NCBI GenBank assembly: GCA_050174915.1
Contig: JBFXJL010000007.1
Span: 44,036-108,035 of the forward strand
DNA length: 64,000 nucleotides
Direction: 5' to 3'
Origin: Elusimicrobiales bacterium
GTDB lineage: Bacteria > Elusimicrobiota > Elusimicrobia > Elusimicrobiales > UBA9959
Positions 39,747 through 48,908 of this stretch are shown one piece after another. Under the pieces are notes generated by a model. The model did not search any database. It had not been told where the DNA came from and was given only the letters and a program-made list of their open reading frames with translations. The first letter of the stretch is position 1. Every line of letters starts with the position of its first letter. A program made the position numbers and the translations under genes.

Positions 39747-39968
39747 TCAGTTCGTGTGCTTGAGGAGGTGGTCTTTGCGCTGCTTGATCTCTTCCTCGAG
39801 CTTGGCGAGCTTTTCCTTGGCTTTTTCCTTGGTCTCGTCCATCCAGTTGCCGAGCTGCTCGCGGGTTTCCTTGCCCGCCTTGGGGGCGAACAGGATGCCG
39901 AGGGCCGCGCCGATAAGGCCGCCGACCAGGAAAGCGCCGATTATTTCTCCGCCTCTGTTATCAGACAT
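39747..39968 (-). CDS. YtxH domain-containing protein
   Basis: GAFLVGGLIGAALGILFAPKAGKETRE; GGAGG RBS. Confidence 0.9.
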   Translation of the reverse strand: MSDNRGGEIIGAFLVGGLIGAALGILFAPKAGKETREQLGNWMDETKEKAKEKLAKLEEEIKQRKDHLLKHTN

Positions 39969-40014
39969 GGTGTCCTCCAGTTAAATTCGGTACTGCTTAT
40001 CTAGATATTATACA

Positions 40015-40043
40015 TTGCCGCGCGCTTTGTCAAACATTATAAT
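40015..40043 (+). promoter_or_regulatory. Putative sigma70 promoter, probably giving a leaderless transcript
   Basis: TTGCCG-N17-TATAAT, 8 nt upstream of ATG 40052; no SD. Confidence 0.55.
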
Positions 40044-40051
40044 ACTCAATA

Positions 40052-41320
40052 ATGAACGGCTTGATCTTATGCCTTGCGCTGCTGCTGCCGGCCCCGGCCG
40101 CGGCCTACCCGCACGACGCCGCGCTGAGCTCGAAACTCAAGCGGGAGTTCGCGGTGCAGCTCTCCTCTTCCTCCGTCGGGCGCGAGCTTTACGCCCGCCT
40201 CGAAAAAACGAAGAAATACAAGGCCCTGCGCGTGCTGGTGCGCCGCGACAAGGGGGAGGCCTTCGCCTGGTTCGACCCTGACTCCAACACCGTCTATTTT
40301 AATTCTAAGTTCATCCTGAAATTCTTCGACGCCAAAGGCTTCAGCGGGGCACAGGTGGTGGAGGTGCTCTGGAGCAATAACAAGGTGCGCGCCGAGCTGG
40401 TGAAATACGCCCACCCGATCTACCTGCACGAACTGGTGCACGCCGCGCAGTGCTACCTCTACCCGGAGTACAGACAGGACGCCGGCGCCAACCCGCTGGA
40501 GTTCGAGTACGAGGCCTACCTCACCGAGGACATGTATATCCACGAGCGCATGAAGGCCGACCCGGCGCTGCTGCGCGAGTTCATCCGCGGCAGCTATACG
40601 GATATCTACACGGATACGGTTTTCGGCACCTATTTCGACCTCTCCCTGGACCCGGAGAAATACCGCGAGAAGATCCGCCGCCACTACGAGGAGCGCCTGG
40701 GAGGCTACCTCAGCCTGCACGAGGCGACTGAAAAGCGGCAGGCCGGCCTCGCCGATACCAAGATCCTGGCCTACGCCGGCGGCCGGGTGGGGGAATACTC
40801 TAAAGATAAAAAATCCCTGGAGCGCCTGCGCCGCGAGAAGGCCGCCTACGCCGCTTTCCTGGAGGATTTCTACAGGTCCCGCTGGCCGGCTTTCAGCGCC
40901 GACGCGCTGCTTTTCGTGGGGGGAATAGCGCTGGAGGAGAAGAACTACCCGCTGGCGCTGGACTGCCTGGCCGTGGCCGACGCCAACGCGGGCAGGCACG
41001 GGACGGGCGAGGAGGCGCTGGCCGCGCTCAAGACCAAGGGGGCCGTGGCTATCCTGGAGGCGGCCGCCTTCGTGAAAGACGAGCACGCCGGCATGGATAT
41101 CGAGACCCTGGCCCAGCACCTGAAAGCGCTGGAGCGGGCCTGCGAGGTCACCGGCCGCCCTTTCCCGGAGGATCTGCGGGCCCTGCGCGCCTCGAACTAC
41201 CCCAAGGCCATGCTGTTCTACTCCGAAAAGCTGTCCGCGGAAAAGGACCCCTCGCGCCGGGATTATTACAGGGAAAACCTGGACTTTTTCTCGGCCGGGG
41301 CCGCCTCGCCGCAGGATTGA
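40052..41320 (+). CDS. Exported hypothetical protein with HExxH zincin-like motif
   Basis: Signal peptide; YLHELVHAAQ followed by EFEYEAY. Confidence 0.65.
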   Translation: MNGLILCLALLLPAPAAAYPHDAALSSKLKREFAVQLSSSSVGRELYARLEKTKKYKALRVLVRRDKGEAFAWFDPDSNTVYFNSKFILKFFDAKGFSGAQVVEVLWSNNKVRAELVKYAHPIYLHELVHAAQCYLYPEYRQDAGANPLEFEYEAYLTEDMYIHERMKADPALLREFIRGSYTDIYTDTVFGTYFDLSLDPEKYREKIRRHYEERLGGYLSLHEATEKRQAGLADTKILAYAGGRVGEYSKDKKSLERLRREKAAYAAFLEDFYRSRWPAFSADALLFVGGIALEEKNYPLALDCLAVADANAGRHGTGEEALAALKTKGAVAILEAAAFVKDEHAGMDIETLAQHLKALERACEVTGRPFPEDLRALRASNYPKAMLFYSEKLSAEKDPSRRDYYRENLDFFSAGAASPQD

Positions 41321-41339
41321 CCGCATTTCTCTTTTTTTC

Positions 41340-41368
41340 TTGAAACACAGGGCTTAATTAAGTAGATT
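41340..41368 (+). promoter_or_regulatory. Putative sigma70 promoter upstream of the aminotransferase/BMC cluster
   Basis: TTGAAA-N17-TAGATT; GGAGG RBS before ATG 41411. Confidence 0.55.
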
Positions 41369-41410
41369 ATTTTAAAGGCTTAGCCGCATACCAGCCAGCG
41401 GGAGGAACTT

Positions 41411-42640
41411 ATGATCGACATCGCTAAGAACATCGCCACCACCCCCAGACGCACCAAAGCTTCCGTTATCCGTGAACTGCTCAAGACCACCAACGTCCCG
41501 GGCATCATCTCCTTCGCCGGCGGCCTGCCCGCCCCCGACCACTTCCCCTACGATTTCGTCGCCGACGCGGTCAAGCGCATCATGGACAAGAACGGCCGCG
41601 TGGCCCTGCAGTACGGCCCTACCGACGGCCTGCCCGAGCTCAAGGAAGAGTTCATCAAGTTCCTGAAGAAGTACGAGAACATCGACGCCAAGCCCGAGAA
41701 CCTCATCATCACTACCGCCAGCCAGCAGGCGCTGGACATGGTGGGGCGCCTGTTCATCGACGCCTCCGACCCGGTCATCGTAGAGAAGCCCAGCTATATG
41801 GGCGCGCTGCAGGTGTTCCGCTCCTATGGCGCCGAGTTCATCGGCGTCAAGCTGGAGGACGACGGCATCAGCACCGTGGAGCTGGAGGAGAAGCTGCAGT
41901 GGCTCCACGACCAGGACGAGCATTACAAGTTCCTCTACCTCGTGCCCGATTTCCAGAACCCCAGCGGCGTGACGCTGTCCGAGGAAAAGCGCCGCAAGGT
42001 TATCCAGCTCTCCGAGAAATATAACGTGGCCGTCATCGAGGACTCGCCCTACCGCCAGATCCGCTTCGAGGGCACGGAGCCCAAGATGCTGTACCGCCTG
42101 GACAAAGAGACCACCAAGACCGACAACATCGTCTCGCTGTTCACTTTCTCCAAGACCTTCGCTCCCGGCCTGCGCCTGGGCATCATCCTCGGCCACCCGC
42201 AGATCATCAAGAAGATGGAGATCCTCAAGCAGTCGCTGGATCTCTGCACGTCGAGCCTCAACCAGCTCATCGCCGCGGAGTTCCTGCGCACCGGCTTCTT
42301 CGAGCAGCACATCGAAGTGGTCAAGAAAGATTACCGCATCAAGAAGAACGCCATGGTGAGCGCGCTGGAAAAGTACATGCCCGAGGGCGTCACCTGGACC
42401 AATCCCGAGGGCGGCCTGTTCCTGTGGGTGCGCCTGCCCGAACAGATGAGCGCCGACGATATGTTCCAGGACGCGCTCAAGGAGAACGTGGCCTACGTGA
42501 TAGGCTCCGCTTTCCACTCCGACGGCTCCGGCAAGAACACCATGCGCCTGAACTTTTCCTTCGCCAGCCCTGAAAAGATAGACGAGGGGATCAAGCGCCT
42601 CGCGGCCACCGTCAAGAAGCGCCTCGTCGGCGCCAGATAA
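41411..42640 (+). CDS. PLP-dependent class I aminotransferase (LysN-like subfamily)
   Basis: ISFAGGLP, LQYG.T.G, PDFQNPSG, EDSPY, TFSK.FAPGLRLG, GGLFLW, MRLNFS. Confidence 0.92.
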   Translation: MIDIAKNIATTPRRTKASVIRELLKTTNVPGIISFAGGLPAPDHFPYDFVADAVKRIMDKNGRVALQYGPTDGLPELKEEFIKFLKKYENIDAKPENLIITTASQQALDMVGRLFIDASDPVIVEKPSYMGALQVFRSYGAEFIGVKLEDDGISTVELEEKLQWLHDQDEHYKFLYLVPDFQNPSGVTLSEEKRRKVIQLSEKYNVAVIEDSPYRQIRFEGTEPKMLYRLDKETTKTDNIVSLFTFSKTFAPGLRLGIILGHPQIIKKMEILKQSLDLCTSSLNQLIAAEFLRTGFFEQHIEVVKKDYRIKKNAMVSALEKYMPEGVTWTNPEGGLFLWVRLPEQMSADDMFQDALKENVAYVIGSAFHSDGSGKNTMRLNFSFASPEKIDEGIKRLAATVKKRLVGAR

Positions 42641-42651
42641 GAAATCACTGA

Positions 42652-43995
42652 ATGACCGAGCTCTCGGCCGAATTCAGCCGCAGTCTGCGCACCGCCGGAG
42701 TAGTCGGAGCCGGCGGCGCGGGCTTTCCTTCCTACATCAAGGCGCAGGGCCAAGCGGAGTACGCGCTGGTCAACGCCGCTGAATGCGAGCCGCTGCTCAA
42801 GAAAGACCAGAAGATCCTGGAGTATTTCCCGGAGCGCGTCTTCGACGGGCTGGAACTGCTGATGCGGGCCGTGGGGGCGTCCAAGGGCGTGCTCGGCATC
42901 AAGAAGAAGCACGAAGAAATCATTCCCCGCCTCAAAGAGATCGCTGGATCCCGCAAGAACATTTCCATCCTGGAAATGGGCGACTATTACCCGGCCGGCG
43001 ACGAGCAGTGCCTGGTCTACGAGGCCACCGGCCGCATAGTGCCGCCCGGCGGTATACCGCTGGAAGTAGGCTGCGTGGTGGCCAACGTGGAGACGCTCTA
43101 CAACGCCTCCTACGCCCCGCGCCCGGTGACTGAAACTTTCGTCACCGTCAACGGCTCGGTTAAGAAGCCCGCCACCTTCCGCGTGCCCGTAGGCATTACC
43201 TGGCGCGAGTGCGTGGAACTGTGCGGCGGGTTCACCGTCAGGGACCCCGCCTATATCGACGGCGGTCCTATGATGGGCAAGGTGCAGACCGATTTCGACC
43301 TGCCGCTGGTCAAGGCTTCGGGCGGCATCATAGTGCTGCCGAGGGACCACGCCCTTATCGTCAAGAAGGCGCAGGGCCGGCCGACGTATACCCGCATCGG
43401 CCGCTCCGCCTGCGACCAGTGCTCCTACTGTACCGAGTTATGCCCGCGCTACCTGCTGGGCCACAATGTGCAGCCGCACCGCGTGATGCGCACCATGCTT
43501 TTCGCCGGCGGGCCCGAGCATAAACTGCATAGCCAGTACGGCCTGCTCTGCTGCGAGTGCTCCCTGTGCTCGCTCTACTCCTGCCCCGAGGGCCTGAACC
43601 CGCGCGAGGCCTGCGTTTCGGCCAAGAGCGACCTGCGGGAACAGAAGGTAGGTTTCAAGAATTCAGGGCTCAACACCGGTAAAAAGCCGGAAGTGCACCC
43701 GGTGCGCGACTTCCGTAAGGTGCCGGTCTCCAAGCTGGTGCGGCGGCTCGGCCTGGAAGACTATAACAAGCCCGCCCCCTGGAACGACGCCTCCTACGCT
43801 CCGGCCAGCGTTAAGATTTTAATGAGCCAGCATATCGGCGCGCCCTGCGTCCCGTCCGTGAAAGAGGGCCAGCGCGTGGAGAAAGGCGCCGTGGTGGGGG
43901 ACTTGCCCGCCGACAAGCTGGGCTGCCCGGTGCACGCGAGCATCTCCGGCACCGTGCGCAAAGTCAACGAGAAATACGTGGAGATTTATGCTTAG
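42652..43995 (+). CDS. pduS: PduS-like / RnfC-family flavin Fe-S oxidoreductase
   Basis: AGVVGAGGAGFP, NAAECEPLL, YPAGDE, GGPMMG, two CxxCxxCxxxCP clusters, QHIGAP...VHASISG. Confidence 0.88.
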   Translation: MTELSAEFSRSLRTAGVVGAGGAGFPSYIKAQGQAEYALVNAAECEPLLKKDQKILEYFPERVFDGLELLMRAVGASKGVLGIKKKHEEIIPRLKEIAGSRKNISILEMGDYYPAGDEQCLVYEATGRIVPPGGIPLEVGCVVANVETLYNASYAPRPVTETFVTVNGSVKKPATFRVPVGITWRECVELCGGFTVRDPAYIDGGPMMGKVQTDFDLPLVKASGGIIVLPRDHALIVKKAQGRPTYTRIGRSACDQCSYCTELCPRYLLGHNVQPHRVMRTMLFAGGPEHKLHSQYGLLCCECSLCSLYSCPEGLNPREACVSAKSDLREQKVGFKNSGLNTGKKPEVHPVRDFRKVPVSKLVRRLGLEDYNKPAPWNDASYAPASVKILMSQHIGAPCVPSVKEGQRVEKGAVVGDLPADKLGCPVHASISGTVRKVNEKYVEIYA

Positions 43996-44021
43996 CCGGA
44001 AATTTCCCGGCGGAAATTTCT

Positions 44022-44108
44022 CCGCGCATAGCGCGGCCGCCTGCGGCGCGGCATACAGCTTTTCCGGCCTGTCGCGCATAGCGCTTGGCCGGAAACCTGC
44101 TTCGCAGG
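44022..44108 (+). repeat. Structured intergenic repeat family 2 (copy 1)
   Basis: Chain of hairpins with GC-ATA-GC loops; aligns with the reverse complement of 51002-51089. Confidence 0.78.
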
Positions 44109-44144
44109 GAAAGTTGTCGGTTTTGTGGATTTATTGAGGAAACT

Positions 44145-44711
44145 ATGGGGAATGACAACTTTCAGCTTAACGCTATAGGCGGGGTGGAACTTTCCAGCGT
44201 GGCCAAGGGCATGGAAGCGGCCGACGCCATGCTGAAAACCGCGGATATCAAGCTGCTGCTTTCCCGGTCCATCTGCGCGGGCAAGTACATCGCACTGATA
44301 GCGGGCGATGTGGGCGCCGTTAGCGCCGCCGTGGAAGCCGGATCGGCAAAGGCGGCCCATTCCCTGGTGGACAGCTTCGTCATCCCGAACATCCACCCAG
44401 AAGTATTCCCGGCCATAGAAGGCACCACCGTGGTGGACGGGCTTGAGTCCCTGGGCATTATAGAAGCTTTCTCGGTCGCGGCCCTGATAGAGGCCGCCGA
44501 CGCGGCGGTAAAAGCCGGCAACGTGAAACTCCTCGAGATCCGCCTGGCCATGGCGCTCGGCGGCAAGGCTTTCGTCACCATGACCGGCTCCGTGGCCGCC
44601 GTTGAAACCGCGGTGGCCGCCGGCGCCGCCGTAGCCGGCAAAAAAGGCCTGCTGGTGGAGAAGGTGGTTATCCCCCAGCCCAGGCAGGAACTGCTGCGGG
44701 AGATAATTTAG
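44145..44711 (+). CDS. pduT: BMC-T tandem shell protein, PduT-like, retains the pore Cys
   Basis: AIGGVELSSVAKG...ADAMLK, ICAGKY, IRLAMALGGKAF; start re-called at ATG 44145 (GAGGA RBS). Confidence 0.87.
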   Translation: MGNDNFQLNAIGGVELSSVAKGMEAADAMLKTADIKLLLSRSICAGKYIALIAGDVGAVSAAVEAGSAKAAHSLVDSFVIPNIHPEVFPAIEGTTVVDGLESLGIIEAFSVAALIEAADAAVKAGNVKLLEIRLAMALGGKAFVTMTGSVAAVETAVAAGAAVAGKKGLLVEKVVIPQPRQELLREII

Positions 44712-44755
44712 CCCTTTATTTGTATAATCTTTTTGATAATTAAGGAGATTCGAAC

Positions 44756-45535
44756 ATGGCTTCCAACAAACGCGTTCCGATGATAGCCGGCAACTGGAAA
44801 ATGCACCTTACTTCCAAGGAGGCCGCAGACCTGGCCGCCGCCATGAAGAAAGGCCTGGACCCGGACCTGAAGCACGAGGTGCTGCTCGCTCCCACTTTCA
44901 CCAACCTGCACGCCGTCAAGGCCGCCATAGCCGGTTCCCCGATACTGCTCGCCTCCCAGGACGTGGCCTGGGAAGAGAAGGGCGCCTTCACCGGCGCGGT
45001 GTCCCCGGCCCAGATCATAGACGCGGGCTGCACGCACGCCCTCATCGGCCACAGCGAGCGCCGCAAGATCTTCCTCGAGACCGACGAAGTCATCAACAAG
45101 AAGATGAAGGCCGCCATAAAGGCCAACATCGTGCCCGTGCTCTGCATCGGCGAGACGCTCGAGGAGCGCGAGAGCCAGCGCACCTACCGCGTGCTGGAGA
45201 CGCAGCTTGCCGGCGCTTTCGCCGGCATCACTCCCGCCGAGGCCGCCCGCGTGGTCATCGCCTACGAGCCCGTGTGGGCCATCGGCACCGGCAAGACCGC
45301 CACCCCCGACCAGGCGCAGGACGCCCATGTTTTCGTGCGCAAGCAGATGGAGCGCATTTACGGGCGTGATTACGCCGAGGCCGTGCGCGTGCTCTACGGC
45401 GGCTCCGTGAAGGCCGACAACGTGGACGAACTGATGGCGCAGCCCGACATTGACGGCGCGCTGGTGGGCGGCGAGAGCCTCAAGGCCGACAAGTTCCTGC
45501 GCGTGATACATTTTCAGACGGTCTTGAGCAGGTAA
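44756..45535 (+). CDS. tpiA: Triosephosphate isomerase
   Basis: AGNWKM, GHSERR, AYEPVWAIGTG, YGGSV, LVGG. Confidence 0.97.
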   Translation: MASNKRVPMIAGNWKMHLTSKEAADLAAAMKKGLDPDLKHEVLLAPTFTNLHAVKAAIAGSPILLASQDVAWEEKGAFTGAVSPAQIIDAGCTHALIGHSERRKIFLETDEVINKKMKAAIKANIVPVLCIGETLEERESQRTYRVLETQLAGAFAGITPAEAARVVIAYEPVWAIGTGKTATPDQAQDAHVFVRKQMERIYGRDYAEAVRVLYGGSVKADNVDELMAQPDIDGALVGGESLKADKFLRVIHFQTVLSR

Positions 45536-45592
45536 CTGCGCCGTCCCGGCGGTGTACTCCCGGCGAAAGCCGGAAAACAGGTGGAAACTAGA

Positions 45593-46225
45593 ATGAACGA
45601 AAAATTGCTCAACGAAATACTCGCGGACCTGCAGCTCCGGCAGGAGCGGTCGGCACTGCCCATACCGGTAGGCGTCTCCAACCGGCACGTGCACCTGACC
45701 AAGGAAGACTTCAAGACTCTTTTCGGCACGGAGTGCGACGACACCCAGCTCAAGCCGGTCAAGCAGCCCGGCCAGTACGCCTGCAACGAGCGGGTGACGG
45801 TGGAGGGGCCCAAAGGCTCGCTCCCGGACGTGCGCATGATAGGCCCGTACCGCAAGTACAGCCAGGTGGAAGTCTCGCTGGGCGACGCGCGCCGGCTGGG
45901 CGCGGAACCGCCCATACGCGACTCCGGCAAACTGGAGAATTCTCCCGGCGTGAAGCTGGTGGGGCCGAAAGGTGCCGTCACGATAAAGCAGGGCCTGATC
46001 CTGTCCAAGCGCCATATCCATTTCAACGTGAAGGAAGGCGCGGCTTACAAGGTGAAGGACGGCCAGGAAGTGCGCGTGCTCTGCGGCCGCGGCACCGAGC
46101 GCGAAACCATCTTCGAGCGGGTGCTCTGCCGCGTCTCCGACGCCTACTCGCTGGAACTGCACCTCGACGTGGAAGAGGCCAACGCCGCCGGCCTGAAGAA
46201 CGGCTCCCCGGCGTTCATAGTCTGA
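45593..46225 (+). CDS. pduL: PduL-type phosphotransacylase with N-terminal encapsulation-like helix
   Basis: GVSNRHVHL, QPGQYA, GP.R..SQVEVS..D, RHIH, LHLD.EEANA; MNEKLLNEILADL N-terminus. Confidence 0.92.
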   Translation: MNEKLLNEILADLQLRQERSALPIPVGVSNRHVHLTKEDFKTLFGTECDDTQLKPVKQPGQYACNERVTVEGPKGSLPDVRMIGPYRKYSQVEVSLGDARRLGAEPPIRDSGKLENSPGVKLVGPKGAVTIKQGLILSKRHIHFNVKEGAAYKVKDGQEVRVLCGRGTERETIFERVLCRVSDAYSLELHLDVEEANAAGLKNGSPAFIV

Positions 46226-46262
46226 TTTTCGGTAATTTAGTTTAGGTTGACTGGAGGATAAA

Positions 46263-46547
46263 ATGGAAGCACTCGGAATGATAGAGACCAAGGGCCTCGT
46301 GGCCTGCGTGGAAGCCGCCGACGCCTCGGTGAAAGCCGCCAACGTGAAGATCGTCGGCTACGAGAAGATCGGCTCCGGCCTCGTGACCATTCTTTTCCGC
46401 GGCGAAGTGGCCGCCTGCCGCGCCGCCTGCGACGCCGGCGCCGCCGCCGCCCAGAAAGTGGGCGAGCTGGTGAGCGTGCACGTGATCCCGCAGCCCCACG
46501 GCGACCTGGAAGGCAAGCTGCCGATCACCGAAGCGAAAAAGAAGTAA
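46263..46547 (+). CDS. BMC-H hexameric shell protein (PduA/EutM type)
   Basis: [19 protein letters not shown] pore motif, VHVIPQPH. Confidence 0.95.
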   Translation: MEALGMIETKGLVACVEAADASVKAANVKIVGYEKIGSGLVTILFRGEVAACRAACDAGAAAAQKVGELVSVHVIPQPHGDLEGKLPITEAKKK

Positions 46548-46560
46548 ACCGGATCCGAGC

Positions 46561-46594
46561 GGCGCAGGGGGCTTCAGGCCCCCCGCGCCCTTTT
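46561..46594 (+). terminator. Intra-operon hairpin / weak terminator after BMC-H
   Basis: GGCGCAGGGGGC-ttcag-GCCCCCCGCGCC followed by CTTTT. Confidence 0.5.
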
Positions 46595-46610
46595 CCCCGA
46601 CGGAGGAATC

Positions 46611-46919
46611 ATGCTATTCGCACGAGTAGTGGGCAACGTGGTCTGCACCCGCAAGGACGACAAACTCGTCGGCACCAAGTTGCTGATGGTGCAGCCGGTG
46701 GGCCTCGACGACAAGCCGCGCGGCAATACGCTCGTCGGCATCGACGCCGTGGGCGCCGGAACCGGCGAACTGGTGCTGCTGGTGCAGGGCTCCAGCGCCC
46801 GCCAGACCAGCAAGACCGAGAACACCCCGGTCGATTGCACCGTCTTCGCGATCGTCGACACGATCGAGAAGGACGGCAAGATAGTCTTCAAGAAATCTTC
46901 CGACAAATTCCAGGATTGA
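46611..46919 (+). CDS. BMC-P vertex protein (EutN/CcmL)
   Basis: ARVVGNVVCTRK, DAVGAGTGELVL...GSSAR, PVD...AIVD. Confidence 0.94.
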   Translation: MLFARVVGNVVCTRKDDKLVGTKLLMVQPVGLDDKPRGNTLVGIDAVGAGTGELVLLVQGSSARQTSKTENTPVDCTVFAIVDTIEKDGKIVFKKSSDKFQD

Positions 46920-46920
46920 T

Positions 46921-48333
46921 ATGCCCCTGAGCGAAGAAGACCTGAAGAAGATAGTCGCCGAGGTGGTGCGCAACCTGGGGCCGGCCCCGGCCGCGGCCTC
47001 TCCGGCCGCCGACGGCCCGGTGTTCGACACCGTGGACCAGGCCGTAGCCGCCGCCAACGCCGCGCAGCCCGGCTTCCAGGACCTGGGCCTGGTGGCGCGC
47101 GAAAAGGTTATAGCCGCCATGCGCGAGGTATCGCGCCAGAACGCCCGCCGCTGGGCCGAGCTGGCCGTGGCCGAGACCGGCATGGGCCGGGTAGAAGATA
47201 AAGTTTTGAAGAACCAGGTCTGCATCGACGGTACTCCCGGAGTGGAAGACCTGCGCGCCGTGTCCTATACCGGCGACAAGGGGCTCACCCTGGTGGAATA
47301 CGCCCCTTTCGGCGTGGTGGCGGCCATCACGCCGTCGACTAACGCGGTAGCCACCATTATTTCCAACGCCATCGGCATACTCTCGGCCGGCAACGCCGTG
47401 GTCTTCTCGCCCCATCCGGCCGCCAAGGGCTGCGTGGCCGACGCCGTGCGCGTGCTTAACTCCGCCATCGTCGCCGCCGGCGGGCCGGCCAACCTGGTGA
47501 GCACGATCGCCAAACCTACTCAGGAAGCCACCAAACAGCTGCTCTCCCATCCGAACACCCACATGAACATCGTCACCGGCGGCCCTGCCATCGTTAAGGT
47601 GGCCATGACCGCCGGCAAGCCGTGCAAGACCATAGCCGCCGGCCCCGGCAATCCGCCGGTAGTGGTGGACGAGACCGCCGTCTTCCCCGACTGCGCCCGG
47701 GAAATAATTTACGGCTGCGGCTTCGACAACAACGTGCTGTGCATCGCCGAGAAAGAGGTGATCGTGACCGAGGCCGCGCGCGCCCGCTTCCTGGAAGCCA
47801 TGCGCTCGGACCCGCGGGCCTGCGAACTCTCCGGCGCGCAGATGGACGCTCTCACCAAACTCATCATCCTGGAACCCGGGCCGGAGCCCAAGATCAACCG
47901 GGACTTCATCGGCAAGAACCCGTCGGTGATAGCCAAGGCCATAGGCCTCGGCCTTTCCGACGACATCCGCGTGCTGTGGGCCGAGGTGCCCAACGACCAC
48001 CCGCTGGTCCACGCCGAGCAGCTGATGCCGGTGCTGCCCGTGACCGTGGCCCGCGACGTGGACGCCGCCATTGAGCTGGCCCGCCGCGCGGAGGGGAATA
48101 ACCACCACTCGGCCGGTATGTATTCCACCAATATACGGAACATGACCAAGATGGGCCGGCGCATGGCCTGCTCCATCTTCGTCAAGAACGGCTGCACGCT
48201 GCACGGGCTCGGCCTGGGTGAGGGCTACGCCTCGATGTCCATCGGCACCCCGACGGGCGACGGCATCACCAAGACCAGCCATTTCGTGCGCCCGCTGCAG
48301 TGCAGCGTAGTCGGCGATCTAAGGATAGCGTAA
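46921..48333 (+). CDS. CoA-acylating aldehyde dehydrogenase (PduP/EutE type) with encapsulation peptide
   Basis: ETGMGR..DK..KN, PFGV...ITPSTN, AGPGNPP, FDNNVLCIAEKE (catalytic Cys); N-terminal EEDLKKIVAEVVRNL. Confidence 0.93.
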   Translation: MPLSEEDLKKIVAEVVRNLGPAPAAASPAADGPVFDTVDQAVAAANAAQPGFQDLGLVAREKVIAAMREVSRQNARRWAELAVAETGMGRVEDKVLKNQVCIDGTPGVEDLRAVSYTGDKGLTLVEYAPFGVVAAITPSTNAVATIISNAIGILSAGNAVVFSPHPAAKGCVADAVRVLNSAIVAAGGPANLVSTIAKPTQEATKQLLSHPNTHMNIVTGGPAIVKVAMTAGKPCKTIAAGPGNPPVVVDETAVFPDCAREIIYGCGFDNNVLCIAEKEVIVTEAARARFLEAMRSDPRACELSGAQMDALTKLIILEPGPEPKINRDFIGKNPSVIAKAIGLGLSDDIRVLWAEVPNDHPLVHAEQLMPVLPVTVARDVDAAIELARRAEGNNHHSAGMYSTNIRNMTKMGRRMACSIFVKNGCTLHGLGLGEGYASMSIGTPTGDGITKTSHFVRPLQCSVVGDLRIA

Positions 48334-48344
48334 GGAGATTTAAT

Positions 48345-48893
48345 ATGCAGGCCAATATAGCCGTGGGTTTGATCGAACTCTCCTCGATAGCCAAGGGCAT
48401 CGAGACCCTGGACGCCATGTGCAAGGCCGCGGGCGTTAAGCCCGAGGTGCACCAGGCCATCTCCAAGGGTAAATATATCATCGTGATCTCCGGCCCCGTC
48501 GGTGAAGTGGAATCCTCGCTGGCCAAGGGCGCGGAAATAGCCGGCAATACGGCCATAGCCCGCCACATCATCCGCAACATCCACGCCGGCGCGCTGGCCG
48601 CCCTCAATAAGAAGGTCAAGGCCGCCAGGATAGAGGCCGTGGGCATAGTGGAGACCAAGGAAGCCCTGCCGGCGCTGTTCGCGGCCGACGCGGCCGCCAA
48701 GGCCGCCTTCGTGCACGTGGCCGAAGTGAATACCGGCAAGGGCATAGGCGGCAAGGGCTACTTCACCGTGGTGGGCGAGCCGGGCGCGGTGCGCACGGCG
48801 GTAACCGCCGGCGTGAAGGCCATAGGCGAGGACGCGGTAGTTAGCCGCATTGTGATACCCAACGCGCACGAGCATCTCGGCGCGGCCATATAA
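48345..48893 (+). CDS. Second BMC-T tandem shell protein, PduT-like without the pore Cys
   Basis: GLIELSSIAKG...DAMCK, ISKGKY, GIGGKGY; start re-called at ATG 48345 (AAGGAG RBS). Confidence 0.85.
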   Translation: MQANIAVGLIELSSIAKGIETLDAMCKAAGVKPEVHQAISKGKYIIVISGPVGEVESSLAKGAEIAGNTAIARHIIRNIHAGALAALNKKVKAARIEAVGIVETKEALPALFAADAAAKAAFVHVAEVNTGKGIGGKGYFTVVGEPGAVRTAVTAGVKAIGEDAVVSRIVIPNAHEHLGAAI

Positions 48894-48908
48894 CCGGGGG
48901 ATTCAATT

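Noticed and set aside
39359-39763. Short ORFs over the repeats (also 4046-4237, 22403-22585) sharing peptides such as GPRVGEACV
   Set aside because: The similarity comes from the DNA repeat; frames, starts and lengths are not conserved between copies.
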